A DNA stretch of 64,000 nt, from the IMG/VR virus record IMGVR_UViG_3300017764_000001; one strand, given 5' to 3'. Positions 13,668 through 24,200 of the stretch are shown here, piece by piece; position 1 is the stretch's first letter, and every line of letters starts with the position of its first letter. The position numbers and the translations under genes are program-made. The notes below the pieces were generated by a model that saw only the letters and a program-made list of their open reading frames with translations, was not told the origin of the DNA and did not search any database. Source of the DNA: a virus. Lineage: Duplodnaviria > Caudoviricetes.

Positions 13668-13804
13668 CAGCAGTTCGGGGGTATTATGCCCCCTTATTGC
13701 CGCGGTGCGTGGCTAAAAACGCATCACTTCCCTAAGCTATAAACGACCCAAATCGACCTTTCAATTTCCCTCTCTTAAAAAAATTCTGAGCATATATAAA
13801 ATCA

Positions 13805-13996
13805 ATGGCAGAGTTCAAAGAAATGCAAAAAAATCCCCAGGAAAATTTTACGACTGTAGAGATCGATCCAGTCACTGGAGAGCACTATCTGACAATTCCT
13901 GAATGGATCTGTGATGAAAACGGATGGTACGAGGGCACAGAAGTAAATATCGAGGTTGATGGAGATTCGATAGTGATCAGGGACGTTGACAGGTAA
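13805..13996 (+). CDS. AbrB/MazE/SpoVT-like DNA-binding domain protein
   Basis: Pattern YLTIPEWICDENGWYEGTEVNIEVDGDSIVIR is the swapped-hairpin signature. Confidence 0.75.
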   Translation: MAEFKEMQKNPQENFTTVEIDPVTGEHYLTIPEWICDENGWYEGTEVNIEVDGDSIVIRDVDR

Positions 13997-14014
13997 CTAT
14001 ATACCTGGTATGAT
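13986..14014 (+). promoter_or_regulatory. sigma70-type (middle) promoter
   Basis: TTGACA(13986)-17 bp-TATGAT(14009). Confidence 0.8.
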
Positions 14015-14036
14015 ACTGAAGTAGTTTTATTCTATT

Positions 14037-14795
14037 ATGGCTAAAGGATTTACTGTAAAGGCAAAGACACCGAAACCATCAGAGTCCGGACCCGAATGGG
14101 ACTTTGATAAGGCAAAAGAAATGGTCAGAGGAAAGACAATTGTTTTTTGTCTTCCAGGTAGGGGAGTTTCGTATACATATCTGAAAAATTTCGTACAACT
14201 TTGTTTTGATCTAGTACAGGCAGGAGCAAGCATTCAGATCTCGCAGGACTATTCATCAATGGTGAATTTTGCTCGTTGCAAGTGTCTGGGTGCGAATGTA
14301 CTGCGAGGACCGGATCAGATTCCCTGGGACGGCAAGTTGGAGTATGATTATCAGTTATGGATTGATAGTGATATTGTATTCAATACTGAGAAGTTCTGGC
14401 AACTGATTCTGATGGACAAAGACATTGCCGGAGGATGGTACTGTACAGAGGACGGTCGCACCACATCAGTCGCTCATTGGTTGGAGGAGGATGACTTCCG
14501 AAACAATGGAGGTGTGATGAACCACGAAACTCTGGAAAGTATTTCTAAACGTAAGAAACCATTCACCGTGGACTATACAGGTTTCGGATGGTTACTTATC
14601 AAGAACGGAGTCTTTGAGAACGAAGGCATCAAGTATCCATGGTTTGCCCCGAAGATGCAAGTCTTTGAATCAGGAGAAGTGCAGGACATGTGTGGAGAGG
14701 ATGTCTCTTTCTGTCTCGATGCAATTGAGAGTGGTTTTGAGATTTGGTGTGATCCTCGGATTCGTGTCGGACATGAAAAAACCCGTGTCATCTGA
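14037..14795 (+). CDS. glycosyltransferase family 2-like (GT-A fold) protein
   Basis: VFCLPGRG first strand, LWIDSDIVF (DxD), VDYTGFGWLLIK and GEDVSFC motifs. Confidence 0.75.
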   Translation: MAKGFTVKAKTPKPSESGPEWDFDKAKEMVRGKTIVFCLPGRGVSYTYLKNFVQLCFDLVQAGASIQISQDYSSMVNFARCKCLGANVLRGPDQIPWDGKLEYDYQLWIDSDIVFNTEKFWQLILMDKDIAGGWYCTEDGRTTSVAHWLEEDDFRNNGGVMNHETLESISKRKKPFTVDYTGFGWLLIKNGVFENEGIKYPWFAPKMQVFESGEVQDMCGEDVSFCLDAIESGFEIWCDPRIRVGHEKTRVI

Positions 14796-14982
14796 TCTTT
14801 ATACGATCCTTCGTAAGAATAAGAGATTATTCACAAATCTTACCGAGGACGAATATCTGGAGATCATGCAGGATCTGGCAATTGAATTTTACGAAACCGG
14901 ATCACCAAAACCGGAACACTTACAGACTATTATTACCAACGACCACGGAGGATCTAAATGGCTAAATCAAAAACAGGACTGA
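14773..14982 (+). CDS. hypothetical protein (69 aa)
   Basis: Likely start MKKPVSSDLYTIL at 14773 or later. Start uncertain. Confidence 0.6.
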   Translation: MKKPVSSDLYTILRKNKRLFTNLTEDEYLEIMQDLAIEFYETGSPKPEHLQTIITNDHGGSKWLNQKQD

Positions 14983-15104
14983 TCAAGGACTCATATTCAC
15001 TCGGAACCCCGAAGAAGACTCGTCAGGGTGCGGGCAAAGGGACTAAGTGTACCGCGACTTCTCGTAATAATGCAAAGAAGGCATATAGGGGTCAGGGACG
15101 GTAA
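14958..15104 (+). CDS. small basic Gly/Lys/Arg-rich protein (48 aa, MAKSKTGL...KKAYRGQGR)
   Basis: Read by hand. GGAG RBS. The YRGQGR end is typical of a small conserved T4-like marine phage protein. Confidence 0.75.
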   Translation: MAKSKTGLIKDSYSLGTPKKTRQGAGKGTKCTATSRNNAKKAYRGQGR

Positions 15105-15130
15105 TACATAGTGTAGATATGTAAATTACC

Positions 15131-15820
15131 ATGGCATGTTTGATAACTAATCTTCCGTCACAGGAAGTATGGGTTCGTAAAGAGTATCTGACAGATCATC
15201 AAAGTGGACATGGGGAGTTTGTAAAGGGCGTCTGGGTATCGGCAAAGTCGATTCCTGGACGTGCTTTTTATTTTGAGACATATTTACCAGAATATGCCGC
15301 AATGTATGATAAACTCCCCATCAGTGCCTTTCTGAGTGAACCAAAGACACCAGATCCGGACATGACCCTACATAATCTACAGTTCTGGAACTGTATGGAC
15401 TACGGTGTAGTGGCAGTACAGAAGCAGTTTATTGGTTCGATGCACTATGAGGTCTATACAAGGGATTACGGACCTCAGACGGGCACGTACATATGTACTC
15501 TGGACAACTATCATCAAGATCCAGACTCAATTGACTATGCGACGAGTGAAAATCCGTCCGAACACAAGTCACATAACCTGATTGAACTTGATAATGGACA
15601 GTTTTGTCTGTATCCGAACAACAGAACTCGTATCTATGACAACAGTTTGACACCAGAAGAACCGAAAGTACCCGATTTTAAGGTTTCGACGGTCTATTAT
15701 CAGGTCGAAAACGGTCATGACCGTGATGGATTAGGAAATGATGAGAATTATTTCTGGAAAACGGCAAAAGAACGTCAAAATAGTGAAGAAAATGTTGAAA
15801 ATGACGGTATAAATAAATAA
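15131..15820 (+). CDS. conserved hypothetical T4-like phage protein
   Basis: 229-aa ORF (MACLITNLP...QFWNCMDY...YPNNR) in the usual position upstream of gp25. Confidence 0.85.
   Translation: MACLITNLPSQEVWVRKEYLTDHQSGHGEFVKGVWVSAKSIPGRAFYFETYLPEYAAMYDKLPISAFLSEPKTPDPDMTLHNLQFWNCMDYGVVAVQKQFIGSMHYEVYTRDYGPQTGTYICTLDNYHQDPDSIDYATSENPSEHKSHNLIELDNGQFCLYPNNRTRIYDNSLTPEEPKVPDFKVSTVYYQVENGHDRDGLGNDENYFWKTAKERQNSEENVENDGINK
15808..15815 (+). promoter_or_regulatory. late promoter
   Basis: TATAAATA upstream of gp25. Confidence 0.75.
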
Positions 15821-15832
15821 AAACTCTGTCTG

Positions 15833-16234
15833 ATGGCGGTAACACGGATATCTAGAGTATTCAAGGACATTAGTTTGTCCTTTGAACCTCATCCAATCAC
15901 TAATGATCTACCAATTTTAAAGAATGAATCGGCAATTCGTCGTTCTGTAAGGAATGTCGTACAGACAATACCTACTGAAAAGTTTTTTAATAGTGTATTT
16001 GGGTCTGATGTCTATAAAAGTCTGTTTGATTTTGTAGATTTTGGTACTGCTGCGATCATTAAAGACCAAATTATCACTGCAATTAAAAATTTTGAACCTA
16101 GAGTAGAGAATGTCAGGGTCATAGTGGACCCATCACCAGATGAAAACTCATTTGAGGTTACAATATTTTTTGATATCATAGGACAAGAGTTCCCAACACA
16201 AGAATATTCATTCATATTAGAGGCAACGAGATAA
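15833..16234 (+). CDS. gp25: baseplate wedge subunit gp25
   Basis: DISLSFEPHP...AIRRSVRNVVQTIPTEKFFN...AIKNFEPRV, the GPW/gp25 pattern. Confidence 0.92.
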   Translation: MAVTRISRVFKDISLSFEPHPITNDLPILKNESAIRRSVRNVVQTIPTEKFFNSVFGSDVYKSLFDFVDFGTAAIIKDQIITAIKNFEPRVENVRVIVDPSPDENSFEVTIFFDIIGQEFPTQEYSFILEATR

Positions 16235-16238
16235 TAAA

Positions 16239-18206
16239 ATGCCTTTTACTAAGTTTACAAACCTAGATTTCGATCAAATCAAGACATCCATTAAGGATTA
16301 TCTTCGTGCAAACTCCGATTTTACAGATTTTGACTTTGAGGGGTCTAATTTTTCGGCACTGATCGATACACTAGCATATAATACTTACATTACTGCATTC
16401 AATTCTAATATGATTGTGAACGAATCCTTCTTGGATTCGGCAACAGTTAGACAGAATGTAGTTTCTCTTGCCGGAAATATTGGTTATGTTCCAAGATCAA
16501 AGACTGCATCAAAAACAACCGTCTCTCTTAGGACAGTTTTAACTACTGATGAAAATGATACGAATATTGAGACTGTCACATTGAATAGTGGTGTTTTTTC
16601 AACCGGAAGTTCAAATGATACATCTTTCGTTTTTTCCACAATAGAGGACATAGAGGGAAAAATAGAAAAAGAAAGTGGTGTTGGTAGAGTTGCATATTTT
16701 GATAATATTACCATCTATCAGGGAACATTATTAAGAAAGAACTTTATATATGATGGATCTTTAGATCAAAAATTTATTTTAAATAACTCAGATATAGATA
16801 CGACTAGTGTATCGGTTTATATTAGTGATTCTGAAACTGAAAAAGGATTTAAATATGTTCCTGTAGAAAATATCCTGAATGTAACAAAAGATTCAAGAAT
16901 ATATTTTATAAGAGAAATACAAGATGAAAAATATGAAATAAGATTTGGTGATGGTATATTTGGAAAGAAACTCGGTGATGAAGGTGGTACTGACGGCAAA
17001 TATATTACCGTAGAATATTTAATTACTGACGGTAAGGTTGGTAATGGAGTTAATAAATTTACTTATGCAGGATCACTTAAAAATCAAAATGGTGCAATAT
17101 TAACACCAACAGAGGTTGATGCAATAAAAGGTGAAAAGGTCAGTGATGAAGTATATAATGAAATTGTAAAATCTCAAAATGGTAATGATATTGAAGGAAT
17201 TGATTCGGTTCGTTATTTTGCTCCAATTACGTATTCTGCACAAAATCGTGCCGTTACCCCAAGAGATTATGAGGCAATTATTAAAAGAATATATCCAGAC
17301 GCAGAGTCGATGTCTATTGTTGGAGGAGAAGAATTAGATCCTCCAGAATTTGGAAATGTAATTATTAGTATTAAACCAAAAGGTGGTACATTTGTTAGTG
17401 ACTTTAATAAAAAACAAATACTATCTAAACTTAGACAGTATTCTGTTTCTGGTATCAATCAAAGGATAATTGATCTTAAGATACTTTATGTCGAACTAGA
17501 TTCAAGTGTTTATTTTAATGAATCTTATACTTCAACAGTGTCGGCATTACAATCTCAAGTATTGAATAAACTTACTGAATATTCCAAATCAACAAACTTT
17601 AATAAATTTGGGGGTAGATTTAAATATAGTAAATTGCAAAATATAATTGATGAAACTGATAGAAATGCAATTACATCAAATATTACTAAAATAAAAATTA
17701 GAAGAAATTTAAAAGCTTCAATTAATCAGGTTGCACAATATGAATTGTGTTTTGGAAATGAATTTCATGTAAGAAAAGAAGGTCGTAATATAAAATCTAC
17801 AGGATTTAATGTTTTTGGAGAATCATCGACCGTTTATTTTACAGATGTTCCAAATGAAGATGAAAAAACAGGAATACTTCAAATTGTGAAATTAGTTGGT
17901 AATGATCAGAAAAGAATTGTAAAGTCTTCTGCCGGTACAATTGATTATATTAAAGGTGAAATAATAGTTGATACTGTAAATATTACTTCTACCATAAAAC
18001 CAGACAATATTATTGAAATTGAATCTGTTCCTGAATCTAATGATGTTGTTGGACTGAAAGATTTATATCTATCTCTTGATGTTTCAAAAAGTAGAATAAA
18101 TATGTTAAGAGATTTAATTTCTTCTGGGGATGAAATATCTGGAGTGAAATTTATCGAAGATTCATTCACCTCAAGTTATTCAAACGGAAGCATAATAAGA
18201 AACTAA
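16239..18206 (+). CDS. gp6: baseplate wedge subunit gp6
   Basis: LDFDQIKTSIKDYLR, DFDFEGSNFSALIDTLAYNT, AQNRAVTPRDYE. Confidence 0.95.
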   Translation: MPFTKFTNLDFDQIKTSIKDYLRANSDFTDFDFEGSNFSALIDTLAYNTYITAFNSNMIVNESFLDSATVRQNVVSLAGNIGYVPRSKTASKTTVSLRTVLTTDENDTNIETVTLNSGVFSTGSSNDTSFVFSTIEDIEGKIEKESGVGRVAYFDNITIYQGTLLRKNFIYDGSLDQKFILNNSDIDTTSVSVYISDSETEKGFKYVPVENILNVTKDSRIYFIREIQDEKYEIRFGDGIFGKKLGDEGGTDGKYITVEYLITDGKVGNGVNKFTYAGSLKNQNGAILTPTEVDAIKGEKVSDEVYNEIVKSQNGNDIEGIDSVRYFAPITYSAQNRAVTPRDYEAIIKRIYPDAESMSIVGGEELDPPEFGNVIISIKPKGGTFVSDFNKKQILSKLRQYSVSGINQRIIDLKILYVELDSSVYFNESYTSTVSALQSQVLNKLTEYSKSTNFNKFGGRFKYSKLQNIIDETDRNAITSNITKIKIRRNLKASINQVAQYELCFGNEFHVRKEGRNIKSTGFNVFGESSTVYFTDVPNEDEKTGILQIVKLVGNDQKRIVKSSAGTIDYIKGEIIVDTVNITSTIKPDNIIEIESVPESNDVVGLKDLYLSLDVSKSRINMLRDLISSGDEISGVKFIEDSFTSSYSNGSIIRN

Positions 18207-18207
18207 T

Positions 18208-21200
18208 ATGATACAGACAGGATTTGAAACACGGATAAAGATACAAAACATTGTATCAAGTCAACTCCCTAATTTTATATTAGATGAAAGTCCTAAAACA
18301 GTAGACTTTCTGAAACAATATTATATTTCACAAGAGTATCAAAGTGGACCTATTGATTTATCGACTAATCTAGATCAATATCTGGATTTAGATAATCTTA
18401 TTCCTGAAGTTGTAGTTGATAGTACAACTATCACTGGAGATGTAACATCTAGTGATTCTATAATAAATGTATCCAACACTAAAGGATTTCCTCAAGAATA
18501 TGGATTATTAAAAATTGGTAATGAAATTATTTCATATACAGGAATAACAACAAATTCTTTTACTGGTTGTATTCGTGGATTTAGTGGAATTAGTTCATAT
18601 AGAACAGATTCTGATAATGAAGAAATAGTTTTTACAAAAGCATCTGCAGAATCTCATAGTTCAAATTCCTCTGTTCAAAATTTAAGTAGTTTATTTTTAA
18701 AAGAGTTTTATAAAAAATTCAAAACAACTTTTGCTCCAGGATTAGAAAATAATAATTTTGTATCAACACTGAATGTTGGTAATTTTCTCAAAGAAATAAA
18801 ATCCTTCTATCAGAGTAAAGGAACGGATGAATCATTTAGAATTTTATTTGAAATTTTATACGGAGATTCACCAACAGTAATAAATTTAGAAGAAAATTTA
18901 ATTAAACCATCTTTTGCAGAATATAGAAGAAGAGAAGTTGCCATAGCAAAGGTTATCTCAGGAGAAGCATCTTTTCTTAAAGGACAGGGGTTATTTAAAG
19001 AAAATTCAAATATAGTAGCATCGATTTCAGATATATCTCCATTTTCAATTGATAATGAAATTTTTTATAAGTTATTTCTTTTTGTTGGATATGATGAGGA
19101 TTCTGATATCCAAGGAAGATTTTTATCGACTCCAAATTCAAAATGTACAGAAGATGTTCAGACTAATGCATCAATTATAAATGTCGATTCTACAATTGGA
19201 TTTGGAGCTACAGGATCTTTAAGATCAGGATCTAATGTCATTTCATATACTGATAAGACTGTAAATCAATTTTTAAACTGTGAAGGAGTTACAACTTCCA
19301 TATCTCAAGGAGATTTGGTTCATGATAAGCAAATTTATTATGGATATGAAAATGGGGATATTAATAAAAAAGTAGAATTGATATTTTTTACTACTTTAAG
19401 TAATTTTATTCCAGATGGGAATGTAAATATCAATGAAAATGATCCCATTGGAATAAAAAATCTCGGTGATAAAGTAATTAATCCTTTACAGAATAAATCT
19501 CCAAAACAAATATTAGCAAATTCTTGGATTTATAATACCAATTCTTCTTATTTTATTAGTAATTATGATACCGGCACTCTTGAACTTTTTTCAAAAATTG
19601 ATAAGTCTAGTTTAAAATTAGGTGATTTTGTTGAAATTGTTGAAAGAGATACTGGAAAGGTAATATTTCCTGATGATAGTAATAATCCTTTTGTAGCACT
19701 TAATGGACAAGAAATTCAAGAAAAGAAAAGTGTAACTTTAGATGGTGGTTTTAATCAAGATAAATTGGGTATTACCACTGACTTTAATTTAAGAAAAATA
19801 TTAAATAAAGCTAACATTGGATCTCAAAGTAATGTATCATTTAAATATGGAAACAAAAGTTTAATATCAGATATTCAAAATGTTTATTTTGATGATGAAT
19901 ATGCTTATGTTGCATCAAACTCATTACCATCAGCTAAAACAAGAAAAGGAACGACAGGATTTCCTTTTTCGGAAGATATTGATATAAAAATTAAAAAATT
20001 AGTAATAGATCTTGATAATCAAATTGGTGGAATTTTAACTTCATTCAATGAATTAACTCAAGAGTTTAGTGCCATAGAGATAAGAGATAATCTTGGTAAA
20101 TCTGTATTTAAAACTGGTGACAAGATTTTTTATCAACCACAGGGAGATGTTTTAGTTGGATTAGAAACCGGAAACTATTTTGTTGAAGTAATTGATGGTG
20201 CTGGTTTTAATGATCAAATAAAATTATATGGATCTAATTATCTTATTGGAACTGAAAATCATTTGACTTTATCTGGTGCAGGAACACATACAATTACATT
20301 AGAGTCTCAAAAGTCTGGAATAATTGGACCACAAAAATTACTTAAAAAGTTTCCAATTAAACAACAGTTAGTAGATGGAAATAAAGAAGAAACTATTCCT
20401 GGTGGAATAGGTTTATTGATAAATGGGGTTGAAATAACAAACTATAAATCTGTAGATAAAGTATATTATGGACCTTTAAAGAAAATTAATGTCTTGAATG
20501 GTGGAGAAAATTTTGATGTTATTAATCCACCAAAAATTGTCATTGAATCTGGATTAGGAAACACTGCTCTTGCTCAACCGGTTGTTTCTGGATCTATAGA
20601 GGAAGTTCTTATAGATTTTGATACTTATAATTTTAATATTGATAAAGTTATATCGATAAGTGTAACAGGAGGAAATGGATCTGGGTGTGTTCTTGAACCA
20701 TCTATTTTAAATACTTTTAGGGAAGTTGAATTTGATGCTAGGATAGCAGATGTTGGAGGAGGAATCAATACTATTACAAATCAAATTATATTTGATGTAG
20801 AACATGGTTTTATTAGTGGACAAGAAGTTATCTATGATTCTAATTTAGGCGTTCAAGTTGGAATTCAAACTATAGGTAGTGGTGGTAAATCTAATTTGGT
20901 AAATAAATCAACATATGTTGTAGATGTAACCAATAATGTCTCTATAAGATTGCATGAAAATTTTGATGATTATAGTGCTGGTATTAATACAGTTAGTTTT
21001 ACCGGAGCAACAGGATCTGGAATTCAAAAAATAAAGATAGGTCCATTGAATGTACTAAAAGATATTGTTGTAATTAATCCTGGTGAAAGATATACTAATA
21101 AAAAATTAATTGTCACATCATCGGGAATATCTACAGAGTATGATTGGATTCAATTTGAAAATCATGGATTTAATAATGGTGACTTAATAGATTATTCTAT

Positions 21201-24200
21201 TGCATCTGGTGATGGAACATCATCTCCACAGGTTATATCCGGATTATCAACTAATAAAAAATATCAAGTACTTAAAATTGATAACAATAAATTTAGACTA
21301 TGTGATGCTGGTATTGGTGGAACTATAACTGATAATTTTATCAGAAAAAATTATGTTAAAATAAATGAATCTTCTGGAACCGGATATCAGCAATTTAGTT
21401 ATCCTCCAATCAATGTAGATTTTAGATTTTCTACTGTTGGATTGGGTACAACTAGCGAACAATCTATAACACTTACTCCAATAGTGAAAGGATCTATAAC
21501 TTCTGTAGATTTATATGATAAAGGAGCAGGATATGGATCTTCTATCATAAATTATGAAGATAAACCAACAATTTCTATTCAAAACGGAAAAGATGCAAGA
21601 GTTCTTCCCATTATATCAAATGGAAGAATAGATTTTATCAATGTTGAATATGGTGGAGAAGATTATTATTCAGTTCCAGATGTTGTTATTACAGATTCTT
21701 CTAAATCTGGTTCTGGATGTGTTTTGAGAGCCATAATAAAAAATAATAAATTAGATTCTGTTAAAGTTATCAAATCTGGGATTGGTTATTCTTCTGCGGA
21801 TACTTCTATTTCCATAGTATCCTCTGGAATTAATCAGGTTTTAGATTCTGAAATAAGAGATTTAACAATTATAACCAACGAAATTTTTGAATCAAACAAA
21901 CTTTTGATTGATAATGATGATAATGAGTTAAAATATTCTGTATGTGGATATGATGTAGATCTATTCTCAGATAGTAACGATTCTATATCAGGAATTATTG
22001 GATGGGCATATGATGGAAATCCCATATATGGTCCATATGGATCAAAAGATCCTAATGAATTTACTACTCCTAGCACATTAGTTTCTGGATACACAAAGAG
22101 TGCAGCATCTGTTATTGATAGACCTTCAACAGATGATTTTGCAGAAGGATTTTTTGTAGAGGATTATCAATATGATGGAACAAATGCAGATTTAGATGAA
22201 CATAATGGTAGATATGAAAAAAATAAAGATTTTCCAAACGGTGTCTATGCATATCATGCAGTAGTTGATATAAAATCAAAAGGTAATGCACCATTGTTTC
22301 CATTCTTTATTGGTAACTCATTTAGATCCAAAAAAATAGCAGAAAACTTCCAGTTTGATTTTGATCAATCATATGATTTTAATAATTCAACTTTACAGAG
22401 AAATACTTTACCATATAACACGAATGAACCTTTTGCAGATAATTTTTTCATAAAAATTAAAAAAAATCAAAAAATAAACGTAGATAAAACAACATCTGGA
22501 AATATAAACAACATATCCATAGTTAATGGTGGAGAAAATTTTAAAATAAATGACATTATTAAATTTGATAATAGGGAAACTAATGGAAGTGGTTTAAATG
22601 TAAAGGTTTCTTCTTTGAAAGGAAAAGAGATAACAAAAATAGATACGGTAGGCATAACTAACAATGCTGTTTTAACATGGGGAGGAAGTAAGATAAAAGT
22701 TACGATTGACACTGAACATGATTTTAAGAATGGTGATTATATATCGTTATCGGGAATATCTACAGATTCTTTAAAAAGATTAGAAAAATATCATAGAATA
22801 ACAGTTCAAGATAATTCTACATCTAGAACAATATCCTCAATTTCTGCGGGGGCAGCATCAACTGAAATATTTGTATCATTCATTCCAAATTATGTTTCTA
22901 CAGGGTCTACAATTGGTATTGGAGATGAGCAATTAACAGTATTAAATGTATTTGAAAATTTAAACGTTTTAAGAGTATTAAGAGGATCTCCGGGAGTATC
23001 TCATACCGAATCCTCTTTAGTGAACTATAATACAAAATTATTTACAGTTGATGGAGAGTTCCCTTTCTTTGATTCAAAAAATAATAATCAAGTGCGTTTC
23101 AATGCCGCAGAGTCTGTAGGATTAGGAACTACATCGGGAACGGGATTTTCTACATCATTTATATTTGGTTCATCTACGGTCTCTAGAGAAATCCCAACAA
23201 GAGGTATATACTTAGAAAATCATCCATTTAAAACAAATCAATTAATAAGATTAACAAATCCTACACTTAGAAAACTTATTGTTTATTCTTCTGGTCCTGA
23301 TGGTGTTTTATCAGATCTTATCAATGGAAATTATTATGCTGTAAATAAATCCAAAAATGTCATAGGAATTAAAACTGGTATAGGTAGTAGTGAAGTATAT
23401 TTCAGAGGATTTTCAGCATCTGGAGATACTGGAAATGATGATAGATATCTTTTTGAATCTATATTTGATCAAGTAACTTCCAATGTAAAATCTATTAAAA
23501 CAACCATTTCAGTATCTACATCTCATGATCTTAAAAAGAATGATATAGTCAAATTAAATATTGTTCCAAATCTTTCTGTTGGAATTGGAACAACAGCATC
23601 ATCTGTGGTTGTTAAGGTAGATAATATAACGAAACAAATTCTAATAAATCCTGTTGGGTTTAATTCTTCAAGTATTAACACTACAACAAATCAAATATCT
23701 TTAATAAATCATGAGTTCAAAACTGGAGATAAAGTAAGATATACAGCACCTGAGGTTGCATCTGGATTAGATACCGGAGGATATTTTATTTTAAAGGTTG
23801 ATGATGATAATATTAAACTTGGAAAAGTATATTCTGATGTAATATCAATTAATCCAAAAATTGTTAGTATAGGGGCAAGTGGAGGAGAACTTCATACATT
23901 ATCATTGATTAATCCTGAACTGAAAGTAACCAAAAATAATAATCTTTCTTTTAATCTATCAGATTCTTCATTAAGTGGATATGAATTTAAGATTTATCAT
24001 GATCAAGATTTTAAAAATGAATTTGTATCTACAGGAAATACAACATTATTTACTATTTTAAGCAGTGGAATAAATGGAACAGTAGGAGCATCTCTGACAG
24101 TTTATTCTGATAATAATTCTCCAACTTCTTTGACTTATAATATAGAAAAATCTGGATATATTAGTACTTCTGATAAAGAGGTTAAAAATTATTCTACTAT

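Noticed and set aside
14614-14772. 5' extension of the ORF ending at 14982
   Set aside because: Out-of-frame overlap with the GT2-like gene.
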